A stretch of 32,000 bases of DNA, from positions 1,050,001 to 1,082,000 of the forward strand of contig NC_000918.1 in the NCBI RefSeq assembly GCF_000008625.1, in the 5' to 3' direction. Shown here in pieces: positions 1 to 9,564 of the stretch; positions within the stretch are counted from its first letter, which is position 1, and every line of letters starts with the position of its first letter. The translations under genes were made by a program, and so were the position numbers. The DNA is from Aquifex aeolicus VF5 (GTDB lineage: Bacteria; Aquificota; Aquificia; Aquificales; Aquificaceae). A model generated the notes under the pieces. That model was not told the DNA's origin, did no database searches, and saw nothing but the letters and a program-made list of their open reading frames with translations.

Positions 1-443
1 GACCGCCAGTCCGAAAGAGTTCAAGACAGGAGGAAGTGGCAGAGGTTTCAAGAAACTTAAAAGCCCTTGCAAAGGAACTTCACATTCCCGTTATGGCACT
101 TGCGCAGCTCTCCCGTGAGGTGGAAAAGAGGAGTGATAAAAGACCCCAGCTTGCGGACCTCAGAGAATCCGGACAGATAGAACAGGACGCAGACCTAATC
201 CTTTTCCTCCACAGACCCGAGTACTACAAGAAAAAGCCAAATCCCGAAGAGCAGGGTATAGCGGAAGTGATAATAGCCAAGCAAAGGCAAGGACCCACGG
301 ACATTGTGAAGCTCGCATTTATTAAGGAGTACACTAAGTTTGCAAACCTAGAAGCCCTTCCTGAACAACCTCCTGAAGAAGAGGAACTTTCCGAAATTAT
401 TGAAACACAGGAGGATGAAGGATTCGAAGATATTGACTTCTGA
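1..443 (+). CDS. dnaB: Replicative DNA helicase DnaB, C-terminal fragment (gene begins upstream of window)
   Basis: Open frame continues upstream of the called GTG at 36 (…SSRQEEVAEVSRNLKALAKELHIPVMALAQLSREVEKRSDKRPQLADLRESGQIEQDADLILFLHR), a classic DnaB RecA-core signature; stop TGA at 441-443. Confidence 0.95.
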   Translation, partial: PPVRKSSRQEEVAEVSRNLKALAKELHIPVMALAQLSREVEKRSDKRPQLADLRESGQIEQDADLILFLHRPEYYKKKPNPEEQGIAEVIIAKQRQGPTDIVKLAFIKEYTKFANLEALPEQPPEEEELSEIIETQEDEGFEDIDF

Positions 444-461
444 AAATTAAGGTTTTATAAT
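433..461 (+). promoter_or_regulatory. Sigma70-type promoter for tRNA-Asn (TTGACT - 17 nt - TATAAT)
   Basis: -35 TTGACT at 433-438 inside the last dnaB codons, -10 TATAAT at 456-461, 17-nt spacer; tRNA begins at 475. Confidence 0.7.
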
Positions 462-474
462 TTTATCTTGGCTA

Positions 475-550
475 TCCGGGGTAGCTCAATCGGCAGAGCG
501 GGTGGCTGTTAACCACCTGGTTGGGGGTTCGAGTCCCTCCCCCGGAGCCA
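475..550 (+). tRNA. tRNA-Asn (anticodon GTT), CCA encoded
   Basis: 76-nt cloverleaf by hand: acceptor TCCGGGG/CCCCGGA, D arm GCTC…GAGC, anticodon arm GGTGG-CTGTTAA-CCACC, T arm GGGGG-TTCGAGT-CCCTC, 3' GCCA. Confidence 0.97.
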
Positions 551-572
551 TTTCCACAATACAATAATTCCT

Positions 573-1361
573 ATGTACCTTGTATACGCCCTGAGTTTAG
601 CTTTTACTTTATCCGTATTCCTCAGCGTGTTCAGTCTATATTACCTCTTTAACCGCTCCCTTGACATTAACTTCGTCCCGAAGGTTAAAAAAGAAGAAAG
701 TGTGAATTTGGCAAATCTTCAGGGGAAATTGAAGGAGATATTCAATTACTCCGTTCAGGAAGTAAAAACCTCAAAACCTTCGGTGAGCTCCGCTGTTTCT
801 CCGCCTTCGTTCAAGGTCAAAGGAATTATAATTTCGGAAAGGATAAGGGGTGTGATACTCGAAGAAGGTTCAAAAGATGTTTTCTTATCCGAAGGTCAAT
901 CTTTCAAGGGCTACAAGCTTGCAAAGGTAGAAAACGATAGGGTAATTTTTGAGAAAAACGGTGTAGAATTTCCCCTAGAGTTTAAAGTAACGAAGGGAGA
1001 AAAGAGTTTAACTCAAGTAAACCCTACTCTTTCAAGCCTTCCCTCGGAAATCGTGGTAAGTAGGAGGGAAATTCTGGAACTCACCAAGGACCCCGCGAAG
1101 ATGTTCACTCAAATACGCTTAGTGCCTTACATAAAAAATGGAAAAACCGAGGGCTTTATATTCGAGTGGGTAAAGCCCGGAAGTTTGTTTTACAAGCTCG
1201 GGCTGAGGAGAGGAGACATTCTCGTTTCCATTAACAACACTACGATAAGGAGCGGAGAGGATGCCTTCAGGATACTGCAAATGATAAGGAACGAACCTAA
1301 CTTAAAAGTAGAGCTTATCAGAAGAGGTAAAAGGGAGGAGATAAATGTCCGAATTGAGTGA
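573..1361 (+). CDS. gspC: GspC-like type II secretion / type IV pilus-like protein: N-terminal TM, GspC homology region, C-terminal PDZ
   Basis: N-terminal hydrophobic segment, FKVKGIIISERIRGVILEEGSKDVFLSEGQSFKGYKLAKVENDRVIFEKNGVEFPLEF (GspC HR-like) and a PDZ-like GSLFYKLGLRRGDILVSINNTTI; overlaps the next gene, a GspE-type ATPase. Confidence 0.72.
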   Translation: MYLVYALSLAFTLSVFLSVFSLYYLFNRSLDINFVPKVKKEESVNLANLQGKLKEIFNYSVQEVKTSKPSVSSAVSPPSFKVKGIIISERIRGVILEEGSKDVFLSEGQSFKGYKLAKVENDRVIFEKNGVEFPLEFKVTKGEKSLTQVNPTLSSLPSEIVVSRREILELTKDPAKMFTQIRLVPYIKNGKTEGFIFEWVKPGSLFYKLGLRRGDILVSINNTTIRSGEDAFRILQMIRNEPNLKVELIRRGKREEINVRIE

Positions 1362-2754
1362 AAGCTTTGAGTACATAGTAGAAGAAGAAAACGAGAGGGA
1401 ACTCCTCGTAATCGTCCCTCAAAATTACAACTTTTTTGCAGTTGAGGAACTGAGATTTAAGAAGGGGAAGGACGTAAAACTAAAAGTTTTGAGCGAAGAG
1501 GAATACGCAAAGCTCATTCAGGACAGGATTTCCGGGGAAAACGTAGTACTTGAAGAGGAAGAAGAGAGGGAAGAAAAGAGCGAGGACATACTCTTCCAGA
1601 GGGACACATCACCTGCCGTAAGGCTGGTGAACACTGTTCTCATAAAAGCCTCTTCCGTTAACGCCTCGGATGTCCACTTTGAACCTTACGAGGACGAAGC
1701 GGTAGTCAGGATAAGGATGGACGGAGTTCTCCACGACTATACTAAGGTATCGCCTTCCCTCTATCAGGAAGTGGTATCCCGCATAAAAGTTATGGCAAAA
1801 CTGAACGTTGCGGAAAAGAGGATACCGCAGGACGGCAAAATAAGGGTGAAGATAGGAAAGAGGGACTACGATATCAGAGTTTCCGTAGTGCCGACCGTTT
1901 TTGGGGAAAGGGTAGTTCTGAGACTCCTTGAAAAGACTGGACAACTTTTAACACTCTCAGACCTCGGTTTATCGAAAGGAGACGAAGAAAAGGTGAGAAG
2001 ACTCGCGGAAAAGCCTTACGGAATAGTTCTCGTGACTGGTCCGACAGGTGCCGGAAAGTCCACTACTCTTTACGCTATGCTCCTTCACGTGAAAAACCCA
2101 AAGAAGAACATAATAACCATAGAAGATCCCGTGGAGTATCAGGTAAAAGGGATAAGCCAGATTCAGGTAAACCCGAAAGTCGGACTCACCTTTGCACAGG
2201 GACTCAGGGCAATCCTGAGGCAGGATCCAGACGTCATAATGGTGGGAGAGATAAGGGACCCAGAGACGGCGGAGGTAGCAGTTCAGGCGGCATTAACGGG
2301 GCACTTAGTTTTATCGACCCTTCACACAAACGACGCACCTTCTGCAATTACGAGGTTAAAAGACCTAGGTATAGAACCTTTCCTCATAGCCTCTTCCCTC
2401 GAAGGAGTTATAGCCCAAAGGCTTGTGAGAAAGATATGCAATAACTGCAAAGAGCCCTACAAACCCTCTAAGGAAGAAATAAGAGAACTGGGTCTTCCCG
2501 AGGAAGATTACACCTTCTACAGAGGAAGAGGTTGCGAACATTGCCTCGGAACTGGCTACAGGGGTAGAACCGGAATTTTTGAAGTACTAGAAGTGGATGA
2601 AGATATGAAGAAATTGATAAACGAAACTCAGGATTCTGTAAAAATAAGGCAATTTGCGAGGAAGAAGGGGTATAAAACTATGCTCGAAGATGGTATAGAA
2701 AAGATACTGAAAGGTATCACTACGAGCAGTGAAGTGCTGAGCGTTGTTAAGTGA
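1345..2754 (+). CDS. gspE: GspE/PilB-family secretion ATPase
   Basis: Walker A GPTGAGKST, Asp box/Walker B (ILRQDPDVIMVGEIRDPETA), His box (GHLVLSTLHTNDA), tetracysteine CNNC…CEHC. Confidence 0.93.
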   Translation: MSELSESFEYIVEEENERELLVIVPQNYNFFAVEELRFKKGKDVKLKVLSEEEYAKLIQDRISGENVVLEEEEEREEKSEDILFQRDTSPAVRLVNTVLIKASSVNASDVHFEPYEDEAVVRIRMDGVLHDYTKVSPSLYQEVVSRIKVMAKLNVAEKRIPQDGKIRVKIGKRDYDIRVSVVPTVFGERVVLRLLEKTGQLLTLSDLGLSKGDEEKVRRLAEKPYGIVLVTGPTGAGKSTTLYAMLLHVKNPKKNIITIEDPVEYQVKGISQIQVNPKVGLTFAQGLRAILRQDPDVIMVGEIRDPETAEVAVQAALTGHLVLSTLHTNDAPSAITRLKDLGIEPFLIASSLEGVIAQRLVRKICNNCKEPYKPSKEEIRELGLPEEDYTFYRGRGCEHCLGTGYRGRTGIFEVLEVDEDMKKLINETQDSVKIRQFARKKGYKTMLEDGIEKILKGITTSSEVLSVVK

Positions 2755-3293
2755 TGTTAAAATCTTTAACTATGGAAAACGTTAAGGTAGTTACGGGAGA
2801 AATAGAAAAGTTAAGGGAAAGGATTGAAAAGGTAAAAGAAACTCTCGACCTTATCCCGAAAGAAATCGAGGAACTGGAAAGGGAACTTGAAAGAGTTAGG
2901 CAAGAAATAGCAAAGAAAGAAGATGAATTAATAGCGGTAGCGAGAGAAATCAGACACAAAGAACACGAGTTTACGGAGGTAAAGCAAAAAATAGCCTACC
3001 ACAGGAAGTACTTGGAACGCGCAGATTCTCCAAGAGAGTACGAAAGACTTCTCCAAGAAAGACAAAAACTCATAGAACGGGCTTACAAACTCAGTGAGGA
3101 AATATACGAACTCAGGAGGAAGTACGAAGCCTTAAGGGAGGAGGAGGAAAAACTCCATCAAAAGGAGGACGAAATAGAGGAAAAGATACACAAGCTCAAG
3201 AAGGAATACAGGGCACTGCTAAACGAACTAAAAGGTCTCATAGAAGAACTGAACAGGAAGGCAAGGGAGATTATTGAGAAGTACGGTCTTTAG
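2751..3293 (+). CDS. Coiled-coil protein of unknown function (start GTG 2751 or ATG 2754)
   Basis: Long heptad-like Glu/Lys/Leu-rich sequence; translationally overlaps gspE stop. Resembles the coiled-coil N-terminal part of zinc-ribbon CT398-like proteins but ends without Cys pairs. Confidence 0.7.
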   Translation: MMLKSLTMENVKVVTGEIEKLRERIEKVKETLDLIPKEIEELERELERVRQEIAKKEDELIAVAREIRHKEHEFTEVKQKIAYHRKYLERADSPREYERLLQERQKLIERAYKLSEEIYELRRKYEALREEEEKLHQKEDEIEEKIHKLKKEYRALLNELKGLIEELNRKAREIIEKYGL

Positions 3294-4095
3294 TCTCCTC
3301 TTTTTCTTTTCACTTCTATTTTCAAGTGAGTGGAGGTTCTTCAAAGAGGTAAGTTTTGAAGCCCTAATAAATGAATTACTAAACTATCAGGTGATATACC
3401 TGGGGGAGGTTCACGACAACGAAGAGATACACGAACTCCAGTTAAAGATTTTTAAGTCAATCCACGAAAGGTACAGGAATGTAATCCTCGCCATGGAGAT
3501 GTTCCAGCAACCCTACCAAAGATTTCTGGATGAATTCGTTGAAGGATATATAGACGAAGAAGAGATGCTGGAAAAAACCAGATACAAGAAAACCTGGGGG
3601 ATGAGTAAAAAGCTTTACGAAAAACTCTGGAATTACGCGGAGCGCTGGGGAATAAAGATAGTAGCTCTTAACGTACCCTTTGAACTTTTAAGAGAAGTTA
3701 GAAAAAGGGGAATAGAAAACGTAAAGAGCGTTTACCTGCCTCCTGAGATAGTCTATCCTCCCGAAGAGTACAGGGAATTTCTCTTAAAGGAATTAAAAAG
3801 GCATAAAAAGAGCAGTAAAAAGAGTTTTCTGGATATCCAAACCACTTGGGACAACGCAATGGCCTACAAGTTATTAAAGACCTTAATACTTCATCCTGAT
3901 TACAAAGTAATAGTTATAATCGGAAAGGGACACCTCTACAAAGGCTACGGCGTTCCCTACGTTTTGAAAAAGCTATATCCGGGCGTGAAGCAAGCTGTAC
4001 TTTATCCCGAAGAAAATGAAAAGTTTTACTTTCTGTTTTCCATAGACTTTTCTAAGGAGTACTCGTCGACGAATTCTATCAGGCTTCCGAATTGA
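3274..4095 (+). CDS. ChaN-like (DUF399) protein with signal peptide
   Basis: Signal-like N-terminus (TTG start) then VIYLGEVHDNEEIHELQLKIFKSI…LAMEMFQQPYQRFLDEF…TWGMSKKLYEKLWNYA, characteristic of the ChaN/haem-binding uptake fold. Confidence 0.8.
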   Translation: MRSTVFSLLFFFSLLFSSEWRFFKEVSFEALINELLNYQVIYLGEVHDNEEIHELQLKIFKSIHERYRNVILAMEMFQQPYQRFLDEFVEGYIDEEEMLEKTRYKKTWGMSKKLYEKLWNYAERWGIKIVALNVPFELLREVRKRGIENVKSVYLPPEIVYPPEEYREFLLKELKRHKKSSKKSFLDIQTTWDNAMAYKLLKTLILHPDYKVIVIIGKGHLYKGYGVPYVLKKLYPGVKQAVLYPEENEKFYFLFSIDFSKEYSSTNSIRLPN

Positions 4096-4661
4096 AAGCC
4101 GTATGCAGTTCTCGTGATTTTTACCGCGGGAAACTTCCTCCTTATTAAACCCGCTATGTAGTTTGCGGTTGCCTCTCCCTCCACGTTGGGATTTGTAGCG
4201 AGTATAACCTCTTTTGGTTGATACTTTTTAATCCTTTCCATTAAAGCGTCTATCGTTAAGTCCTCCGCGGATATCCCTTCCAATGGTGCTATGTGTCCCT
4301 GAAGGACGTGGTAAACCCCCTTGTAGCGTTCCAATTTCTCTATTGCGTAAGCGTCCTGACTCTCTTCAACCACACATATGAACTTCTTTGAACGCTTTTC
4401 GTCGGAACATATGGGACATACTTCCCTGTCCGTTATCAAAAAACACTCCCTGCAAGGTCTCAAAACCTCAACGGCTTCGAGTACTTTCTCTATTATCTCT
4501 TTTCTCTTTTCCTTCTCAAGCTTCAAAAGGTTGTACATAAACCTGCTCGCTCCCCTTTCCCCGTAGGTTGGTATTTCCTTGATTCCTTCGAGTGCTTCTT
4601 TCAGGGATTTTGGGAATACATCCTCAAAGGCCAAGTCCCAGTCCTCCCAAAAGTCCTCCAA
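4026..4661 (-). CDS. recR: Recombination protein RecR
   Basis: IPTYGERGASRFMYNLL (HhH), zinc motif CRECFLITDREVCPIC, Toprim VVEESQDAYAIEKLERYKGVYHVLQGHIAPLEGI…ATNPNVEGEATANYI. Confidence 0.95.
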   Translation of the reverse strand: MEDFWEDWDLAFEDVFPKSLKEALEGIKEIPTYGERGASRFMYNLLKLEKEKRKEIIEKVLEAVEVLRPCRECFLITDREVCPICSDEKRSKKFICVVEESQDAYAIEKLERYKGVYHVLQGHIAPLEGISAEDLTIDALMERIKKYQPKEVILATNPNVEGEATANYIAGLIRRKFPAVKITRTAYGFQFGSLIEFVDEYSLEKSMENRK

Positions 4662-4923
4662 AGCGTTTACTGAAGGCTTCCTTTACCTTGTCCCTCGCTA
4701 TGTCCTGAGCCTGATTTATAAGTTCTATCAGGACGGGCTTTAACTTCTCGCAGTCCTTTTCTTCTCCCTTAAACTCTATGTTTAATATCTCTCCAAGACC
4801 GTTGAAGACTATTTCCACTCCGTCCTTTTCAAGGATATCCTTTTCATCCCTCAGTTCCCTTTTTACCTCCTCCATAGTCTCCTGAAAGTTCTTAAACTGC
4901 TTCATAAAGTCGTATATATTCAT
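4624..4923 (-). CDS. YbaB/EbfC nucleoid-associated protein
   Basis: MKQFKNFQETMEEVKRELRDEKDI…GLGEILNIEFKGEE…VLIELINQAQDIARDKVKEAFSKRFGG; classic ybaB-recR neighbour pair. Confidence 0.88.
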   Translation of the reverse strand: MNIYDFMKQFKNFQETMEEVKRELRDEKDILEKDGVEIVFNGLGEILNIEFKGEEKDCEKLKPVLIELINQAQDIARDKVKEAFSKRFGGLLGGLGLGL

Positions 4924-5510
4924 CTCTTAACCTCCAGAGCTTTCTTCGTTTCGTAAACCCTTTGAAAAACGGTTATCAAAGAACCAAGTGTAATGATAAA
5001 AAGTCCCAGTTTTAACAGTCCCAGGAGTATACTTCCCAAGAGAACTATCCACCTTTCCGTTCTCTCAAAAACTCCCCCAAGACCGTAAACACCGAGGCTT
5101 TCTGCCCTCGCCCTTGTGTAGCTCACACCGAACGAACTAATAAGAGCCAAAAAAGAAAGCAAAACTCCTGTCTCATCCCCGTAGGATGCGTAGTGAACAC
5201 CGAGAGCGGTGAAGGGCAGAGCGTCAGAGAACCTGTCAACGGTTGAGTCGAGAAACGCCCCGAACTCTGTTTTGAGATTTAGCCTCCTCGCCAGAGCCCC
5301 GTCTATACTGTCTGCCAAAGCACCGAGGAGAAGTAGCAGAAAGGCGAGGATTAGGTTTTCTAAGTACAGAAAGAAGGAACCGAGTCCTACCAGGAAAAGA
5401 CCGAAAAGTGTGATTAGATTTGGACTCACGTTGTACTTTCCGAAGAAGTTTACAAGGGGTTCCAAGAGTTCTTCGTAGTAGGGTTTTAACCTTCTCGTGA
5501 GCAGACTCAT
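4920..5510 (-). CDS. CDP-alcohol phosphatidyltransferase family protein (PgsA/PIS-like)
   Basis: Motif DGALARRLNLKTEFGAFLDSTVDRFSD matches DGx2ARx8Gx3Dx3D-type signature, multiple TM helices. Confidence 0.88.
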   Translation of the reverse strand: MSLLTRRLKPYYEELLEPLVNFFGKYNVSPNLITLFGLFLVGLGSFFLYLENLILAFLLLLLGALADSIDGALARRLNLKTEFGAFLDSTVDRFSDALPFTALGVHYASYGDETGVLLSFLALISSFGVSYTRARAESLGVYGLGGVFERTERWIVLLGSILLGLLKLGLFIITLGSLITVFQRVYETKKALEVKR

Positions 5511-5517
5511 TTAAATA

Positions 5518-6003
5518 TCATTTTGCCATATCAACGCCAAGACTTCCTATTACCGCGAACACGTTAACGAGGAGTGTTGCTTTTATAAGCGTAGTTGTGT
5601 CCTTTATAAAGTCAGGGTATATCCCGAACATGAGCAAACACACAAGGGAAACGAAAAAGGAAATCCCCATACTCGTGATGAGTCTAAGGGGTACAAATCC
5701 CGCGACGTTTTGTTGTTCCCAGTTCTGGAGTTTGGAGTACTTTATGAATATAAAAACAAAGAATAGAACGAAGAAGTATATGAATAGAACTCTCAAGAGT
5801 GAAAGCCTCTGGGCAAGCTCCCACACCTCTTCCGTGAGGGAAAAGGGAAGCGCTATTACGGCGGCACCAATAAGTTCTTGAACCAAATCCGAAAACGTGA
5901 ACCTTTGAAGCGTGTGTCTTTCTTCGTATTCCCTGTGAAGGTCTTCAATCTTTTCCTCTATTTCTTTAATCCTTTCTTCCATCCTATTCAATTTATCCAT
6001 CAT
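5518..6003 (-). CDS. Integral membrane protein, DUF2391-like
   Basis: N-terminal coiled coil then FTFSDLVQELIGAAVIALPFSLTEEVWELA and several TM segments. Confidence 0.6.
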   Translation of the reverse strand: MMDKLNRMEERIKEIEEKIEDLHREYEERHTLQRFTFSDLVQELIGAAVIALPFSLTEEVWELAQRLSLLRVLFIYFFVLFFVFIFIKYSKLQNWEQQNVAGFVPLRLITSMGISFFVSLVCLLMFGIYPDFIKDTTTLIKATLLVNVFAVIGSLGVDMAK

Positions 6004-6485
6004 TGTAGTTTTTTTATCATCCTTATCCAGTAGTTGTACCTGCCGCTCTCCTGAAAGCCGAACTTCTTGTAAAAGTTTATAGCCTTGTAGTTTTCGTCTC
6101 CTACCCAGAGCTCTGCAGTGTCAAGACCCTTCTTCTTGAAGTACTCCAGAATTGTGTTCATAAGAGCCGTTCCGACCCCGTGTCCCTGGTACTCAGGGTC
6201 AACAACGATTTCGTGTATTGCACCTACTCTCTTTCCTTCTCTTCTACTGAACCAGTTTGCGTCCCCTGCCCCAAAGCCCACTATCTTTCCGTCCACTTTT
6301 GCCAGGAATATGCCTTCTTTATCCCTGTTCCACAGCCACTTCAGGTAACTTTTTACGTCCTTTGGATGGGTGTAAGCGTACTCTTCAAGACCTTTATACG
6401 CCCTTAGGTAGAGATCTACAAGTTTAGGTAAATCCTCCTCCTTAGCCCGTTCTATCTTTAAATTAATCTGCGTCTTCTTACTCAT
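6000..6485 (-). CDS. GNAT-family N-acetyltransferase
   Basis: [69 protein letters not shown]. Confidence 0.9.
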
Positions 6486-7104
6486 ACCTTAGCACCTTAA
6501 AGCCTTCGGGTATACTTGGCTTAAACAACTCATCGGTAGGCGTGTAATTGCGAACAACTTCTATAAAGTTTATACTAATCTCAGAACCTTGAGCGTCGTA
6601 TGTTTTAAGTCCTAAAATTTCTCCGTCTTTTGAGAAATAAATCTTCACCTCCTTCACGTTCTCGTCCTTCTTTAAGGGCTTTAGGAGTAGTACCGTTTTA
6701 TCCCCTTCCTTAAATTCACCGATGGGTTTAAAAACTTTCTCCGGCTGTTCCGATAAGAAGAAAAGACTCGCTATAACGGGAGATGTGTTTCGCTTTATAC
6801 TCTCTATGTAAACGACCTTTTCCTCGAAGTTAACGAGTACAACTTTTTTCCTGTCCACGAATATACTAACTCTGTCGGGAGAGTAGTAATCTATCCTTAC
6901 CTTTCCCCCCTTTGAGGCGTAAAATATCCCCTTGCTCACGTCCGCTTTCGGATACCACTCGTACTTTACCTTCTGCACGAAGGAAACCTTAATCGTTTTC
7001 GTGTTTTCGTAAAGCTCTTTTAACCTTTGAAAGGTGTCAGAAAATACGAGTGTAATCGTTAAAAGGATTAATAAAATTAGCATACTCTTTATTTTAATTG
7101 ACAC
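6478..7104 (-). CDS. LolA-like outer-membrane lipoprotein carrier
   Basis: Signal peptide, [72 protein letters not shown] typical of LolA. Confidence 0.8.
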
Positions 7105-7619
7105 CCGAGGAGTTTTTTCAGTCTACTCTCAAGCTCCTCCTTGCTTTTGTTTGTGTTAATTACGCAGTAATCTATCTCTTCGGGAGCTTCAAACTCCTCC
7201 TTTTGTTTCAGGTAGATGTTCCAGTCCGCATCCGAAACGTCCTTTCTGCTCTTTAGTCTCTCTTTTATCACTTCTTCGGGGGCAAAAGCTAAGATAAAAA
7301 AGGGATCCTTGAAGTTTTTTAAAACGAGTTCCCTCTGCCACCTCTTTATAAAAGTCGCGTCGAGAACTACTTTCTTTCCTCGATCTATTAACTCCTTTGC
7401 TCTCTTTACCATTTCCTCGTAAACTTTTTTCGTAATTTCTTTCGTGTATATCCCCTTTCCGTAATCCGCCTTTGCGCTTTCCTCGGGCTTTAAACCGGCG
7501 AGTTGCTTTCTAATTACGTCGCTCCTGAGCCACTCGTAACCGCACTTTTCGTGGAGTATTGAGGCAAGGAAGGATTTTCCACTTCCCGAGAGGCCGAAGA
7601 TAACTACAAGTTCCCTCAT
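7089..7619 (-). CDS. P-loop kinase-like ATP-binding protein (APS-kinase/zeta-like fold)
   Basis: Walker [33 protein letters not shown]…[15 protein letters not shown]. Confidence 0.75.
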
Positions 7620-7900
7620 GACTTTATGAAGTTCTTACTGGGTTTAAATAGGACTATTTTCCTCTCGGGAACCTCCACGATTTCCCTCTTTTTTATGTTC
7701 ATACCTTTCTTTGGCTTTCTTGTTTTTACTACAAAGGTACCGAAGCCGGATATCTTTACCTTTTCACCTTTTAGGAGACACTCCTGAATTATAGTGAAAA
7801 CTTCCGAGACGAGGTTATATACTTCCTTTTTCTGTATTTTTACGTTGTAATCCCTTATAAGGCGGTCGTAAATCTCTTCCGCTATTTCTTTTTTAGTCAT
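7616..7900 (-). CDS. HU/IHF-family DNA-binding protein
   Basis: [50 protein letters not shown]. Confidence 0.93.
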
Positions 7901-7931
7901 AGGAAGGTATTATAAGGGAAAGGGAAGGGGA

Positions 7932-9539
7932 TTAGAGTTTCCACCTTTTCTTGAGTATCTCTCCGAGTTTGAAACCGCCGGTTGTAGCGGTTGTAACTTC
8001 TTCCACCTTTTCTTCTTTTTCTTCGGGCTTTTCGCCGTATAGTGCGTTTATGCTAAAGGTAATCTTTCCTTCCTTGGGATTTATGTCTATTATCTTCACT
8101 TCGTACTCCTGTCCCTTTCTTATACGTATGTGTCTGGGAACTTCGGAGAAGGGCAGTAATCCTTCTACACCTTCGGGAAACTCAAGGAACGCTCCGAAGG
8201 GTGCAAGCTCTTTTACGGGTAACTTGACAACGTCTCCGACCTTGTACTTTTCCTTGACCTTTTCCCACGGATTTTCCGTAAGTTGCTTTAGACCGAGTTT
8301 TACATACTTTCCTTCCAGACCGAGAACCGCAAATTCCCTCTCTTCTCCTTCTTTGAGGACTTCCTCAACCCTCTTTGGTCTCGTCCAGGAGAGGTCACTC
8401 CTGTGGATTACACCCTTAACGCCGTCTTCCAGTTCAACTATAGCCCTGCTGCCTTCGATTTTAATAACCTTACCCTTAACCTTAGAACCGACGGGATGTT
8501 TCTGGAGGAAGATTTCCCAAGGTCTTGGCTGTGCTCTCTTGATGGAGAGGATAAGCCTTCTCCTCTTGGGGTCTATCTTCATTATCTTTGCCTTTACGAG
8601 ATCACCCTTCTTAAACTCTGGTTTTCCTTCCCACGCGAGCTCCTCTTCGGGAACGAAGCCCTCTACTCCTTCCATTACCTCAACGACTACACCCTTAGGT
8701 GTAACTGCAACGACTCTTCCTTCTATTACGTCTCCTTCTTTGTGCTCTTTTAGGAACTTCTCCCAAGGATTGCCCTTGAGTTCCCTGAGGCTTACTATTA
8801 TGAAGCCCTTTTGTTTATCTACCCTCTTTACCTTTACCTTTAAGGTTTCACCTACGTCCGTGTAATTGTAAGGATTCTTATCCCTTCCCCAGGAGAGCTC
8901 CTCTTTTGGCAGGAATGCCCTGAGAACCCCTTCTATTACAAGTGTTACACCTTTGTTTGGATCTATCTTTACAACTTTACCTTCAACGACGTCACCGGGC
9001 TTTAAGGTGTTGAGGAGTTCCTGTTTTCTCTTTTCCCTTTGTTCATCCAGGTATGCCTTGTGGGAAACGATTATCTGGGGTCTCTTTGAATCAAGTTTAA
9101 AGTCCAGAACCTTGAAGGTTAGTACCTGTCCTTCCTTTAGCTTCTTACCTGCCTGGGACATTGGGAGGAAGGCTTTTACCCCTTCGAAGTCCACTATGAA
9201 GCCGCCCTTTACCTTTTTCTCTATCTTTCCGACTACGTCAGACTTGTTCAGGTAAGCTTCCTTCAGCTTTTCGAGTTCCTTTTTCTCCTGCAGGGGTTTT
9301 ACGGAGAGTACAGGATTGGGAATCCTGGGTGAGAAGCGAACCAGAACCGCTTCTATTTCTTGACCTTCCTGAACCTCTGGAACTTCTTCCTTTGAAATGA
9401 CAGCCTCGGTTTTATAACCTATGTCTACAAATACGGTATCGCCCGCAACCTTAACGACCCTTCCCTTTACTACCTGCCCTCTTTTAAACTCTTCGGGGGA
9501 GGCTATTGACTCTTCGAGGAGCTTTTCAAATTCGTTCAT
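7932..9539 (-). CDS. rpsA: 30S ribosomal protein S1 (apparently six S1 repeats)
   Basis: Repeated S1 motifs (GDVVEGKVVKID, GDVIEGRVVAVTPKGVVVEVMEGVEGFVP, GSKVKGKVIKIEGSRAIVELEDGVKGVIHRSDLSWTR, GDVVKLPVKELAPFGAFLEFPEGVEGLLPFSE). Confidence 0.93.
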   Translation of the reverse strand: MNEFEKLLEESIASPEEFKRGQVVKGRVVKVAGDTVFVDIGYKTEAVISKEEVPEVQEGQEIEAVLVRFSPRIPNPVLSVKPLQEKKELEKLKEAYLNKSDVVGKIEKKVKGGFIVDFEGVKAFLPMSQAGKKLKEGQVLTFKVLDFKLDSKRPQIIVSHKAYLDEQREKRKQELLNTLKPGDVVEGKVVKIDPNKGVTLVIEGVLRAFLPKEELSWGRDKNPYNYTDVGETLKVKVKRVDKQKGFIIVSLRELKGNPWEKFLKEHKEGDVIEGRVVAVTPKGVVVEVMEGVEGFVPEEELAWEGKPEFKKGDLVKAKIMKIDPKRRRLILSIKRAQPRPWEIFLQKHPVGSKVKGKVIKIEGSRAIVELEDGVKGVIHRSDLSWTRPKRVEEVLKEGEEREFAVLGLEGKYVKLGLKQLTENPWEKVKEKYKVGDVVKLPVKELAPFGAFLEFPEGVEGLLPFSEVPRHIRIRKGQEYEVKIIDINPKEGKITFSINALYGEKPEEKEEKVEEVTTATTGGFKLGEILKKRWKL

Positions 9540-9564
9540 TAACTTCCTCCAGACAGAATTTTTT

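Noticed and set aside
1609-1944. 111-aa minus-strand ORF inside gspE
   Set aside because: Shadow ORF opposite conserved secretion-ATPase sequence.
7951-8865. 304-aa plus-strand ORF opposite rpsA (plus similar ORFs at 8403, 8953)
   Set aside because: Serine/proline-rich, low-complexity translation entirely antisense to well-conserved S1 repeats; expected from complement-strand codon bias.
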